A DNA stretch of 62,634 nucleotides, counting the filler, from Sphacelaria rigidula (taxonomy: Eukaryota): the NCBI GenBank assembly GCA_964200075.2. It is 8 parts of 8 records of this genome, joined end to end, with 100 filler letters (N's around TTAATTAATTAA, not from the genome) between each part and the next. Parts side by side here need not be neighbours in the genome. Positions count along the whole stretch, not along the records: positions 1 to 7,743 come from CAXNAA020013599.1; positions 7,844 to 15,585 come from CAXNAA020013600.1; 6 more parts are not named here. One strand, written 5' to 3'. This document shows, one piece after another, positions 1-10,970 of the stretch; the first letter of the stretch is position 1; the number at the start of each line of letters is the position of its first letter. The position numbers were made by a program, and so were the translations under genes. Under the pieces are notes generated by a model. The model worked only from the letters and a program-made list of their open reading frames with translations. It was not told where the DNA came from and did not search any database.

Positions 1-65
1 ATACCCATAATCCAAACAGCCCGCAGAAGAAGGCGAGAAACAAAGAATCTACAAGAAAACACAAT
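1..65 (+). repeat. Fragment of an interspersed repeat shared with 12662-12730
   Basis: atacccataatccaaacagcccgcagaagaaggcgagaaacaaagaatctacaag aligns by eye with atacccataaaatctaaaagccaacagagagaggcgagaaacaaaacatctacacg at 12662. Confidence 0.6.
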
Positions 66-947
66 GGCCAGAAACGCGAAAACAGTAAAAAACGCCATTT
101 TGACCGTTTTCGCTCCGTATTTTTCACGCACATCACTCGGGGGGGTCATTGGCACCCGGGCCTCGAAAACAAGAACGGAAAACAAAACGTGGTACTCGCG
201 ATATATGGCCACGCGAAAACGGACGTCTCTCCTCCAAAAACCGCTTACCTTTTCCAGGCCAAATTTCAGACAGGTATACCTGATCTGGGAATTCTTTTTC
301 AATCTTACCGTATCTGGGCCACCGATTGGCCGATAATGTGCCTGTGCTAGGCCATCGCTCTCTACCTTGTACCTGGTGCGGCACATCGCGCGCAAGGGAG
401 TCTACGCGCCAACTCCAACCATAGCGCCCACACCTTCGGCTCTTTTCCCGCTCATTTGCCGTTCATGGACGCCACAACGACCACACCCCTTTCTTCCGGG
501 AAATGGTTCCCGAGTCTCTGCGCATCGACACAATAAGTGGACTCACAACTCACAGCGCGTCGGTGTCTTGTGACCCCGTTTTTTTTGGGGGACAACCGTA
601 CCGTTGCGATCTCTGGGCTGGTGCCAGGGTCAAGCTAGGCTCTTCTGTCACCAACGGGCGGTTGTCGCATCATCGATGGTTGGTTCAAGGAACGGATACA
701 GTACTGGCTGTCACGGATATAGATATAGGGACAGAACAGTAACAGCATCAAATCAGCGCGCGTCTTCAAATTCAGGTTGCACTGCGATCCGACAAGGTCT
801 AATCAAACGAAATACCCAACTGAAGTAGTCCTGCCTTTCTTTGCAGCTTGTAGTCATTCGCACATCTTCTGCGGACACAATCCGAACTCCTCGCTGGTCG
901 TTGGTGATTGCTATGCACGGTCCCGATAGACGTGATGGGTGCGTTAT

Positions 948-1250
948 CCCTTAGACCGCGAGGGTAGTCCATCTGGATCATTCCTTTTTTTCAGGTGCAA
1001 TTGATGGTGATTCAATAGATGACATATTCTCGCCATTTAAGGGTCAGCCCTTAGACCGCGAACGTAGTCTATCTGGACTGTGCATAATTTTTCAAGTGAA
1101 ATTGATGCCGATTCAACAGATGGCCTGCTCTCGTTGTCCAAGGGCTAACCCTTGGACCGCGATGCGGTTAGTCCATCTGGATCACAATACCTTTTAAAAG
1201 TGAAATTGATGCCAATTCAGCAGGTGAACTACCGTCGCGGTCAAAGGTTA
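948..1250 (+). repeat. Degenerate tandem repeat, ~100-bp unit x3
   Basis: CCCTTRGACCGCGA...TAGTCYATCTGGA...AATTGATG recurs at 948, 1048 and 1149. Related sequence occurs near 33365-33520. Confidence 0.8.
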
Positions 1251-1251
1251 A

Positions 1252-1548
1252 CCGGCGTTGGGCTACAAATGCCCATGGTTGATATCCATTGATTTGAGTG
1301 TGTACAATGAGAATCGGATCTTGAGTCGGGCTAACGGTCCCGTATCCTCGCGTACGCAAAACGTGTTTTCGTTGAAATCGGCGCCACAGGCGCCGATTTG
1401 GGATCTACCAAGGCCGCACTTTGCCCAGGGAATGCTATGTACCGCCCTTGCCCGAGGGTTCTCCGTATGCGTTGGGTTAGGGTCAGGATCAGGGGTATCA
1501 ATACTTGTAAAATTGTGTCGACCATGGACATTTGTAGCCCAACGCCGG
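1252..1548. mobile_element. 297-bp MITE flanked by TTAA (piggyBac-like)
   Basis: About 30-bp TIRs (ccggcgttgggctacaaatgcccatggttga / tcgaccatggacatttgtagcccaacgccgg), TTAA at 1248-1251 and 1549-1552, no coding capacity. Confidence 0.85.
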
Positions 1549-1711
1549 TTAATTGTACTCTTAGGCGAACCGTGTTAGTTGCGCCAAAACCCTCCTCAAC
1601 ATCGGGCCTGGCTACCTTTCATTCATGTGATTTCGAGCGCAGTCGCATACATTCTTCGGTCAAGTTTGTATCCATCTCGTCCATTCTATCGCCACTTACT
1701 CTACCTCACAT

Positions 1712-3277
1712 GTGCTATGCCATCCCTTTTCTGACCATGACAATGACAGCTTGGACCCAAGTCAGGAGGGGTCGGCCAATCCCTTGGAGACCAAGCGGGA
1801 CATAGTTGGTCACCTGGCAGAGTTCGTGGACGAGGAGGAATTTCTGTTCTTCGCTGGCGTCTCTCGTATGTGGCGACATGCCTGGGGGAGCCGCCCGACC
1901 TACACCCGCGCCGTAACCTCGTTCACCTCGGCATCACAGCTGCAGTGCGGCTTCGACTGCGGCCTCCTTCGCGAAAGTTCTCTGTGCAACGCCATAGCGG
2001 AGACCGGGAAAACGGACGTTCTGCACTGCGCGCTCGCGAACGGCTGCCCGTGGTCAACAGATCTGTGCAGGGCGGCCGCGGCGAATGGTCACATCTCCCT
2101 CCTCATGTGGGCGCGGCAACACGGCTGTCCGTGGGATACGAACACATGTTCGGCAGCAGCGTTTGCTGGGCACTTCGAGACCCTGAGGTGGGCCCGAGCA
2201 AATGGATGCCCCTGGGACGCGAGTACTTGTTGGGGCGCGGCCACGAGTGGGTACACGGACATCCTGGTGTGGGCGAAGCAAACCGGCTGCCCGTGGGACG
2301 AGCGGACGTGTAGCGCGGCGGCCGAAAAGGGGCACCTAGAAGTGCTTCGCTGGGCGAAACAGCACGGTTGTCCCTGGAACAGTCACACGTGCGGCGCCGC
2401 TGCCCGCGGCGGACAGCTGGAGGTTCTGATGTGGGCGCGAGCAAACGGCTGCGAATGGAACAGCCACACGTGTCGACTGGCGGCGGAGAGCGGACACCTG
2501 GGCGTCCTCGAGTGGGCAGTAGAGAACGGCTGCCCCTGGGCAGAGGACACGTGCGCCTCTGCGGCGGCGCGGGGACGCTTGCAAGTGCTGCAGTGGTGCA
2601 GGGCAAACGGGTGTCCATGGAATGAGACCACGTGCAACGCGGCGGCCCACTTCGGTCACCTCGAGGTGCTGCAGTGGGCGCGTGCGAATGGCTGCCCATG
2701 GAGCGAAGCCACTTGCATGATCGCGGCCAAGTCGGGGAACATGGATGTGTTACAGTACGCGCGCGAGAATGGTTGCCCCTGGGACCACCTGACTTGCGCG
2801 AACGCTGCAGCGGGGGGGCACCTGGAAATCCTGCACTGGGCACGATGGAACGGCTGTCCCTGGAGCGAACTTACCTGCCGCTCCGCTGCAGCGGAGGGGC
2901 ATCTTGCCGTGCTTCAGTACGCCCGCACGAACGGCTGCGATTGGGACGAGACGACCTGTAGCGCCGCCGCAGAAGGAGGGCATCTCGATGTGCTGCAATA
3001 CGCACGTGCCAATGGCTGCCCTTGGGACGAGACGACTTGTAGCCGCGCGGCGGCCGGGGGTCATCTAGAAATCGTCATGTTCGCTCGCGCTCACGGCTGC
3101 CCATGGGACGCCCAGACGTGCAAAGAGGCGGTTCATCATGGACATACGCATGTCTACCAATACGCCCGAGCAAACGGGTGCCCGGAGGGCTGGGAGCATT
3201 TGCTCGCGGATCGTGACGGCGAAGCTGCGCCCGTCCACGGCTATTGGCCCTCTTTTGGCGCCGGCCGCGGTCATTAA
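1712..3277 (+). CDS. Ankyrin-like repeat protein with 14 full 27-aa GCPW repeats and an F-box-like N-terminal segment; probably the 3' exon, starting near 1750
   Basis: 521-aa ORF with repeat consensus GCPWDExTCxxAAxxGHLEVLQWARAN and N-terminal DIVGHLAEFV...FLFFAGVSRMWRHAW. The ORF begins at GTG. A pyrimidine tract, CTGAC (1731) and CAG (1747-1749) suggest a splice acceptor. Confidence 0.9.
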   Translation: MLCHPFSDHDNDSLDPSQEGSANPLETKRDIVGHLAEFVDEEEFLFFAGVSRMWRHAWGSRPTYTRAVTSFTSASQLQCGFDCGLLRESSLCNAIAETGKTDVLHCALANGCPWSTDLCRAAAANGHISLLMWARQHGCPWDTNTCSAAAFAGHFETLRWARANGCPWDASTCWGAATSGYTDILVWAKQTGCPWDERTCSAAAEKGHLEVLRWAKQHGCPWNSHTCGAAARGGQLEVLMWARANGCEWNSHTCRLAAESGHLGVLEWAVENGCPWAEDTCASAAARGRLQVLQWCRANGCPWNETTCNAAAHFGHLEVLQWARANGCPWSEATCMIAAKSGNMDVLQYARENGCPWDHLTCANAAAGGHLEILHWARWNGCPWSELTCRSAAAEGHLAVLQYARTNGCDWDETTCSAAAEGGHLDVLQYARANGCPWDETTCSRAAAGGHLEIVMFARAHGCPWDAQTCKEAVHHGHTHVYQYARANGCPEGWEHLLADRDGEAAPVHGYWPSFGAGRGH

Positions 3278-3438
3278 CAACCGGAAAGTGGGATCGCGGC
3301 GAAGATTTGCCGAAGAAGGTTTTTGTTGCTGCCACCAACCTCGATCATGGATGATGATTTCCTGTAGAGTGATGGGCCGTTAGTTTCCGGGGTTAGGACG
3401 ACGACGGGACGAGGGGGGGCGGGGGGCGGGGGGGTGGC

Positions 3439-3501
3439 GTACTTATTTGTTGCTTGCCTTAGTCGTTTGACCATTGACCACGCATCCCTTTCGAGACGGA
3501 G
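3439..3501 (-). mobile_element. 63-bp conserved element in G/C tract, copy 1
   Basis: Reverse complement of CTCCGTCTCGAAAGGGATGCGTGGTCAATGGTCAAACGACTAAGGCAAGCAACAAAT(G/A)AGTAC, flanked on both sides by gagggggggcg-type G runs. Confidence 0.85.
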
Positions 3502-6500
3502 TGAGGGGGGGCGAGGGCGGGGGCGGGAGACGTTTTGTGAAAAAATGCACGCTTGCAGCGCCTTGTCAAAGTCGACAAGCTGCACTTTTACCACATACTG
3601 ACATGCTTGAGCTGGTCACTTGGACAAGCATTTACTACGCTTAGAGCGTAGCATTAGTTTTGAGAGCAGACGCTGACGTGCATGTGTCTGGGTGGTGAGT
3701 TGTTTCTCGTCGCAGCACAAGGCCACGTCTGCGGATTTAGTGGTGAAATCCTTCGTACGGGTTTCACCGTGATAGCAGAATATCCTATATACATATATAT
3801 ATATACACTGTACACACATGAATACCCATTTTTCTCTACATGGGAGCGCCTTTGGTTGGTGATCTTGGCTACAACTGTACTCATGTCAAAACTGTACGAA
3901 TAGCAATGTTAGCTGTGTTCGTTGTGTGGTTTTACCTGCGGGTAACAGTCTGTAGGGTGTAGTTCCAAGTGGTGTGCTTGACCACGTGTACCTGAACCAC
4001 GTCCAAGCTATCGTGATCATTTCGAATATCTTACGGGCCATTAGGTTTTTTTGAGAGGTAATTATGGTTCGGAGACATGTGATGAGGGAAAAATCCATCC
4101 TTCGTCGCCGCCCACCTCGCCAGAGTGGTTCTCACTCGCTCTGCTTGATGAGTTTTTGGTACTTTGAACCACGCAGGTGACGCTCCCAAGTCTTTCCTGA
4201 TACCTCGACCTTATCAGATAGTGCTTATGAGTTCGACGAAGACCGGAGCATAGAATCGGAGGCGGGGGAGGAGCGGGGAAGCGAGGGTGGGGGAGGGGAA
4301 AGTTATGGGGCCTGGAAGGTCGTGATATAGATAGGGACATGTAATTCTTACGGAAGTGGTAACTTTCGTTTCTATCACGGCTAGTGAATGAAAGTAGTTC
4401 TGTACCAAAAATGCCTATAAATTCTGGATTCAGAAACGATAACGGCAGGGGTCGAGGAGGTGGGGAGGGCTCTGAGCGAGCATAGTTGGGTGGAGTGCAA
4501 GCAGCGATGACCCCTTATTCGGCATGTAACGTTTTGTGCCGTACTTCCCTATAAAATGATGCAGTGGCCGCGGTCGCCGAAAGGTAGACCTCCGACATCT
4601 GAATCACTCCTCTTGTCGGACATGTTTCATGTTACATGTTTCATGTGCGGCCATGAGCAAAAGATAAGAGAGGGGAGGCATCACTGAGGGTGATATACCG
4701 GTCGTACAATATCAGATGTGCCATTTGTCATTTCCTAGCTCCTGTTGTCGGACCAACAGCATATCCAGCTGTACCGGCCGCTTTCGTTTTTGCGCAGTAT
4801 ATTAGGCGCTACCCCGGTGGTCAGGAGATCGGCCTACCGGGTCGCAAGCCAAAGTCATGTTGGTGCGCACACCGTGTGGAGGAAGGATCGTGAGTGTTTC
4901 TTGATGCAGCTGTGTGCGAATATTGCACCGTGACGCCATTGTGAATGGTTTTTTAGGGAGTCAGTACTGTAGGCTGCACTTGCTCATGTGTTTCTCTGTC
5001 TCCATCTCTGTTTTTCTTGTCTCTTGTATGGATCTGGCCTGCGGCGCGTGTGGCGGTGTGTGGTTTCAGTATCTGCGCTATTGTATAGAAGTGGCTCTTG
5101 CAATATTTGCACACCTTGGTCAATGGCAGTTTATGTTCAGTATTTGCAGTAGAAAAAATGTGCCGCGTGAACTATAGGCCTATTGCAACTGCTGCCAGCT
5201 GACGACAGTTGCGATTGGCCTATACTTTACGCGGTACATTCTTCGTCGATTGCAACTGTTGTGGATATACAGTCATTGTCCAAGGTGTGCAATATTGCTT
5301 CGCGGCGACGTGTACTTGTATGTATTTTTCGGATCTTGTTTATTGCTTGGCAACGTGTATTAGTCGTATTATTGTTACACATTTTGTTTTCCTACGACTG
5401 AGGCAGATTGCGATATGTTTGGGCGTACACGTTTGTCCAAATATGATGTATATTATATATCTGTTTGAGAGTGTGTGTTTCGTGTTTCCCGTGTGCAACT
5501 ATTTTTTTGTTACGTTTCAACTTACGCAGTGGTGCGCTGCACATGGTTGGTCGCGCATAGCGTTCATTGGTCGCTGATCAACCGAAAGCGCGTCAATGTA
5601 AAAAATGAATCGCTTCTCTTGCACGGTCTACGCTTCGTGTTTTCTCCGGTTTTGCTGTTTCAATGCGGTGGCATCATTTTCTCGACTGCTTGAATTCCTA
5701 ATCAGTGTGCTTCCCTGTTTTCTTTTGCCGTTATGACGATAGGTCTACCGTATTTGCTGTTTTTTTTCCGGTCGCGGGAGGCTCGCAGCACAAAACGTGA
5801 ACTCGAAAACAAGTGTACCATACTTGTTGGGTGAACCTCTGTCCTTGGTGTGAATTCTTTTTCGTGATCACTACTATTTATTTTTGTTGCACAAGTCTGC
5901 TCCCTTCCGGTCGTCGCGGCCCTACCACGGTCGTGGTCACCTGATGTAGGTTAGTGATGTTGGCAGTTGGTTTTGAAATATTTAGCAAATAGGTCGCTTT
6001 ATGTATACAGTTCTACTACCGTGACATGCAAAATCAGCATGCCGTCGCGTTTTTCAGGTGAAACATGTCCTCAGTTGTATGTTGAGCAGGGGAATGTAGC
6101 ACGCGCTCGTATCAGTGATATGGTCGATGTTGGTACACAGTGTAAACACACACGGACGATAGGATGATGGCGATATTCGGAAGTTAAATTGCACTGCTGC
6201 ACTAGCTAGGCGTTAGCCCTTTGCGGCGTGTTTCGTATTGGACGGATTTATTTATTTACGGCATATCGCTTGTTTCCCGTTCAAGCTTTTTTTCATGTCG
6301 ACTCGGATGGCGTTTTTTTTTCATTTGTTTACCGTCGAGTATTCGTCTTTCCTACTGACCTCAGGTACTTAACTCAGGTATGTATATGGATAGGGATCGA
6401 TAACAATTATTGATGGCTTTGCGGAGCTCCATCTTCGCATGCTTTACTCGAGTTTTTTTCGTTGGTCATTCCATTTGCTTTTGCTTCGTCAAGCTGATGC

Positions 6501-7587
6501 CTTACTGGTGTTCGTGTGCTCGGGAGATACCCAGTTTCTCGAGGTTTACGTAAGATAGGTGGCCGTACATATTGTACCCATCTATGTAGATCACTACCCG
6601 CTCCTCGAAACCCCTCATCTCTTGTGGAGTCTTGAATACTTGGTCGCATCCATGCCTGTGTGCATGTACGTGCATATGCTACGTACCTTTTGCGTATTGA
6701 CCGTTGTACGCCGTCTTCTGGCCGCGGTCTAGAAGTGTCGAAAAAATAGTGGTGTATACATTTATACTATGCATCGACATACTACTGTACACGTTGTTGC
6801 GTAGTTTTTTTCTTGTACTTCAGTTTGCTCGCAGTTCTAGATATAGGCTAAGTAGGGTACTGCTCCCTTGTACTACAAGTCAGTACGGTAACATGTACGT
6901 GTAGATGCACGGATCGGCGTACTACCTGCTACTTCCCTCATTGGTTCCCCGCGCGTCGCGTGAGAGAGCAGACAGATTTCTGTGGCGGGTGTAGGTCGAA
7001 GTGTGAATGTTTGAGTCTGTGTGCGTACGTGCGGAGGTGTACTGTAGTATATATATATATATCCATATGGGTTGGATACAATGTGTGATTTTACGGTAGC
7101 GGTGCACAATGTTTTCTGAGGCTCGGCACTTCAGGAGCGTCTCGACGACAAACATCCGGGCCTTGTAGTGTATATATAGCCTTGGAAACCTTTCAGACTG
7201 AAAAGTGCACACTACCGCCGTACAACCACCCCCCCCATGTACTAATGTAGTAGTGTCTTCTTCGCGATCTGTTGTTTGTGTGGGTGTCAAGGCATCGCAC
7301 GGGAGGTGTGGGCGAGAGCGGCGGCGGGGGGAAAACGTTGACTAGAAACGACGGCGTTGATGGATGTTGTGTGGTGTGGTGTGGTGCAAAGTGACACACT
7401 TCTGTACGTAAGTTGGCGTTTATGAGGTGGTGTGCCTGTCGCCGGCAAGTTGCGGACATTTTGCTGAGTATCGAAGTGAAGACCGTTTATACTGAGTAGT
7501 GGTCTCGAGCAACGCCTCAAAATGGCTATTTTCGGGCAACAAGTTGGTCGGACAACCCCTCCTTCCGCCCCCCGCATCCTCTATGTT

Positions 7588-7743
7588 GAGACACCCATGA
7601 GGCGGTGTCTAAGCCGTGGCTGTCTCTGGAAGTGGTGATATCAGAGAAAATAAAGCAACTCATCGCAGGCTGTCATTCAAATGCAAGATAATCAGTTCGC
7701 TTCGGGCCGAACAATCTTAGCAGGATGCAGCTCACCCTTCATG
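7588..7743 (+). repeat. Interspersed repeat at contig end, shared in inverted orientation with 23528-23665
   Basis: aagcaactcatcgcaggctgtcattcaaatgcaagataatcagttcgcttcgggccgaacaatcttagc matches the reverse complement of the start of contig 4. Confidence 0.85.
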
Positions 7744-7843
7744 NNNNNNNNNNNNNNNNNNNNNNNNNNNNNNNNNNNNNNNNNNNNTTAATTAATTAAN
7801 NNNNNNNNNNNNNNNNNNNNNNNNNNNNNNNNNNNNNNNNNNN
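7744..7843. other. Artificial contig linker (first of seven: 7744-7843, 15586-15685, 23428-23527, 31270-31369, 39112-39211, 46954-47053, 54795-54894)
   Basis: Each is 44 N + TTAATTAATTAA (stops in all six frames) + 44 N. The segments between them are 7743, 7742, 7742, 7742, 7742, 7742, 7741 and 7740 bp, i.e. size-sorted contigs. Confidence 0.98.
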
Positions 7844-7923
7844 AAAACCCCAACGCATCGGGAATCGAACCCCCTTTCTCTCCACCCTACGGGCGACAGT
7901 CGGACCATTACACCACCGGGGCG
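7844..7923 (-). mobile_element. tRNA-derived SINE head, truncated by contig end
   Basis: Minus strand GCCCCGGTGGTGTAATGGT...GGTTCGATTCCC carries pol III A and B boxes but lacks a proper acceptor stem. A more decayed similar head lies at ~11935-12020 (-). Confidence 0.6.
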
Positions 7924-8593
7924 CGGCAATCGCACCATGATATCGTGTGCGGTGGGGGAAAACCGCATCCGGGATTTTCTTCCGGGGCGACTGTGGGTTT
8001 ATTCGGTGCGGACTTCCTGTAGTGCCGCCCGAGCAGGTTGTAGTCACACTACCACTATGGTATCCTCCAAGAGAAAAGTGTCCGTAGCACCGATGCATCA
8101 GTCGTCCTCAGGTTGATACCCTGGACAAGCGCTGCCCGTATCTTGAGCTGCGACAAGTAAAATATATGTCATTCGCGACGTCTTCCGAAATACGTATTTT
8201 TTAACACTAGGCACGTCCACGTTTGGCGCACGAACGTTTGATCACCAGGTCATATCGCTACCATGGAGTGAACACCACTCGCCTGCCTTTGATAGTATTC
8301 TTTGGCTTGGTGAGCCATGGCCCTTTCCCCTCTCGATTCCCGCATCCCTGGTACTCCACTGTGCCCTTCCCGGCACCCACGAACCCTTTGAACGACAAGC
8401 GTCCCTTGCAAATGCCCTTGGCCGACTTCCCCTCGCCCTGCCGTGTTCATGGTTTGGACGTTTACGTATCATTCAGGATATCTTCGCGGCGCAGAACCCG
8501 CGCGGCGAAGCATAACGGCCTCGTGAAGCGAAACAAGACATCAGAAACAAGCGCGAGCACTGGACGACAAAAAATCCAAACAGCATCGCTGAC

Positions 8594-9307
8594 CTGCGGC
8601 ACGGTTGATCCGTCCGTTCGAGCTTCGCGCATCCTCCACACCCCTCGCACCGTGTTGACGGGGGCAAGATTGCCCGTCATCTGTTCCGCCAGTGTCTTTT
8701 TCTCCAAAGGCGCCAACTCCGCGAAGGCGGGCTGCGGCGTGACTGCACAGGCAAGCGCACTTATCGCCGAATCCAACCCTTTCGTCGCACTGAGCAAGGA
8801 TTGTACGTTCGGCCCAAGTGTAGCAGACCGAGAAGCAGCAGTAGTGCCGGCGTCGCTGAGTGTCATCGGCACAATCGCCGCGCCGATGGCAAAGAGCGCC
8901 ACCGCCAGCACCTGTGCAAACGATCGCCAGACTGTACGTGCTTCGGATCTTTGCCGGGGTGTTGGAGTAGGAAACGATTCTCGTCGTTGGGGAGGATGAT
9001 TCCGTATCACCTCGTCTTGTGCGATATTGCCGTGATCACTATTGTGCTGCAGTGCGATAGCGGCGGTGGACCCGGTGAGGAGGGGGAGGGGAGGTTCAGT
9101 GGATCTACTGCGGCGGCTTGGCATTGGACGCAGTTCCTCTTCAGCAAAGGGTATATTGCACGGATGGTGGCGGACTGGAAAAGGTACAACATTTGGGTAT
9201 AGGGTACGCCGGCGAACGCGGCGTTCACAGAATTCATCGGCATATGCTGGAAAATTTGGAATTTTCCATCTACTACAAATGTATCTCCGCAGTAACTTCT
9301 TGAACAA
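8594..9307 (-). CDS. Probable first exon of a nuclear-encoded plastid (thylakoid lumen-type) protein; start uncertain
   Basis: The ORF has hydrophobic Ala-rich segments ending in TPQPAFA|ELAP (AxA peptidase-like site), then KKTLAEQMTGNLAPVNTVRGVWRMRE. Candidate donor CAG|GTCAGC at 8594/8593. Confidence 0.5.
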
Positions 9308-10029
9308 CCATGCCTACAAGTTGCTGTTTCATGTCCGCGCTTATCTTTACCCTCACAAACGGTAAGGTCAACCTGTGTTGCAATCGCCAACAATGATGAC
9401 GATGAAAAACACCTGCCAGATCAATCATTTTAGTCGAGTTTTTTTCTGCGGTTTGTGCTTCATGAGAAGTCAAGATAATGGTTGAAGCCGGATATTTTGT
9501 GCCATCGTTTTTTTCTACAACGTTTGTGATTTCGAAGGGTCAAGGAATGCATCCTGCACCATACTGCAGCTAACCTGAACGATTATGCTCAACTTTCTAA
9601 CGCGTATCTCCGTTACAACGTCCGCTGGGCTGTGCAGCGCCCACAGACACAGAAGCCCCCCCATTGTCTAAATATATATTGCAGTCCAGAAGCCACTTTC
9701 CTCGACGACCTTCAAAGGGGGTGTCCATCTGAAGATATCGGTGGTCGGGGATACTCCATACATCGCACGTCGGCCGTGTGAGCGCGACCGCAGGTCCGTG
9801 AAGGGAGGTGATGCACTCAAAACGTCTGTAGAAGTTTAGACGCGGCGGTTTGTCTGCTTCTGTGCGGGACAATTCTTTCGGAGAATTTCACGTGGGGAGC
9901 AGCAGCTGGGTTTTGTACTGCTGTTATCTTGATCGTAGTGGTAGAGGAACCCGAGGCATACGGGAAGGGGCTGTTTCCCCCGAAATCTAGGCAGAACGAG
10001 ACGCCACGCAAGTCAGAATCTGGTCTACG

Positions 10030-10560
10030 AAAAATGGGAGATCTTGGATTCATCTACTCCAGTATTTTTATCCGGCGGGGCCTTGCAGCCCTGCTTTGGT
10101 TTATTACGAGGACGGTCACAGCGAAAAAAGTAATCACCCGTAAAAATATATGCTGGCCAAAAAGCGGAATAATTAAACTCAACCTCCACCCGCTCAACCC
10201 CATGGGCAAAATGGAACATCTTGGATTCATCTACTCCAGTATTTTTATGCGGCAGGGCCTTGCAGCCCTTCTTCGGTTTACGAGGACGGTCACAGCGAAA
10301 AAAGTAATCACCCGTAAAAATATATGCTGGCCAAAAAGCGGAATAATCAAACTCAACCTCCACCCGCTCAACCCCATGGGCAAAATGGAACATCTTGGAT
10401 TCATCTACTCCAGTATTTTTATACGGCGGGGCCTTGCACCCCTGCTTTGGTTTATTACGAGGACGGTCACAGCGGGAAAAATAATCCCCCGTAAAATATA
10501 TATGCTTGCCAAAAAGCGGAATAATCAAACTCAACCTCCACCCGCTCAACACCATGGGCA
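10030..10560. repeat. Tandem triplication, ~174-178-bp unit
   Basis: aaaatgg..atcttggattcatctactccagtattttt...ctcaacctccacccgctcaac.ccatgggca starts at ~10030, ~10208 and ~10382 with high identity. Confidence 0.95.
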
Positions 10561-10970
10561 GCAACTCCACATGGTAGTACCAAATAGGTATGATCTGGCA
10601 GATGTTTCAAAGGGCAAATACTGAGGTTCAAGGGCGTGACGCCCAAATGAACACATCAAATTGTTTCTGTTGTCCTTCATTTTGGAACACCAAGACGGAG
10701 CTCTGACCACCTACACTAGATCCAGCACAATCGTTAATGGGTCCCCGACAAAGTCATCATGTTTTTGGTACACAACGGCACCCGGCTTCTCTGAGATTTC
10801 TCGATCAACACATGAGATTTCGCCACGTGAGCCTCGGCTGGTGTTTCTATAATGTACTTACGGACCGAGGGCAAGACCTTTCCCGAAATCACAGTGTCGC
10901 GATGTCGATTTTTTGTTCCGCGATCCCTCAACAAGTAGTCGATAAAATCCTCTACCTCTCACACGTCGGA
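10490..10970 (-). pseudogene. Possible decayed 2OG-Fe(II) dioxygenase-like coding relic
   Basis: Manual minus-strand translation across frameshifts and stops gives PGAVVYQKHDDFVGDPLTIVLDL / SVGGQSSVLVFQ / WYYHVELLPMVLSGWRLSLII, i.e. HxD...H...RxS order. Confidence 0.3.

Noticed and set aside
4680..7110. Possible Helitron or coding region in the long T/G-skewed stretch
   Set aside because: Only short compositional ORFs; no termini, hairpin or Rep/helicase motifs could be established.
7844..7923. Functional tRNA gene (also 30046-30125 and 35100-35174)
   Set aside because: A and B boxes are present, but acceptor and anticodon stems cannot be completed, and the latter two continue into a shared SINE body.
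9929..10624. 231-aa plus-strand and 181-aa minus-strand ORFs as genes
   Set aside because: Their length is produced by the ~177-bp tandem triplication, and no recognisable domain is present.
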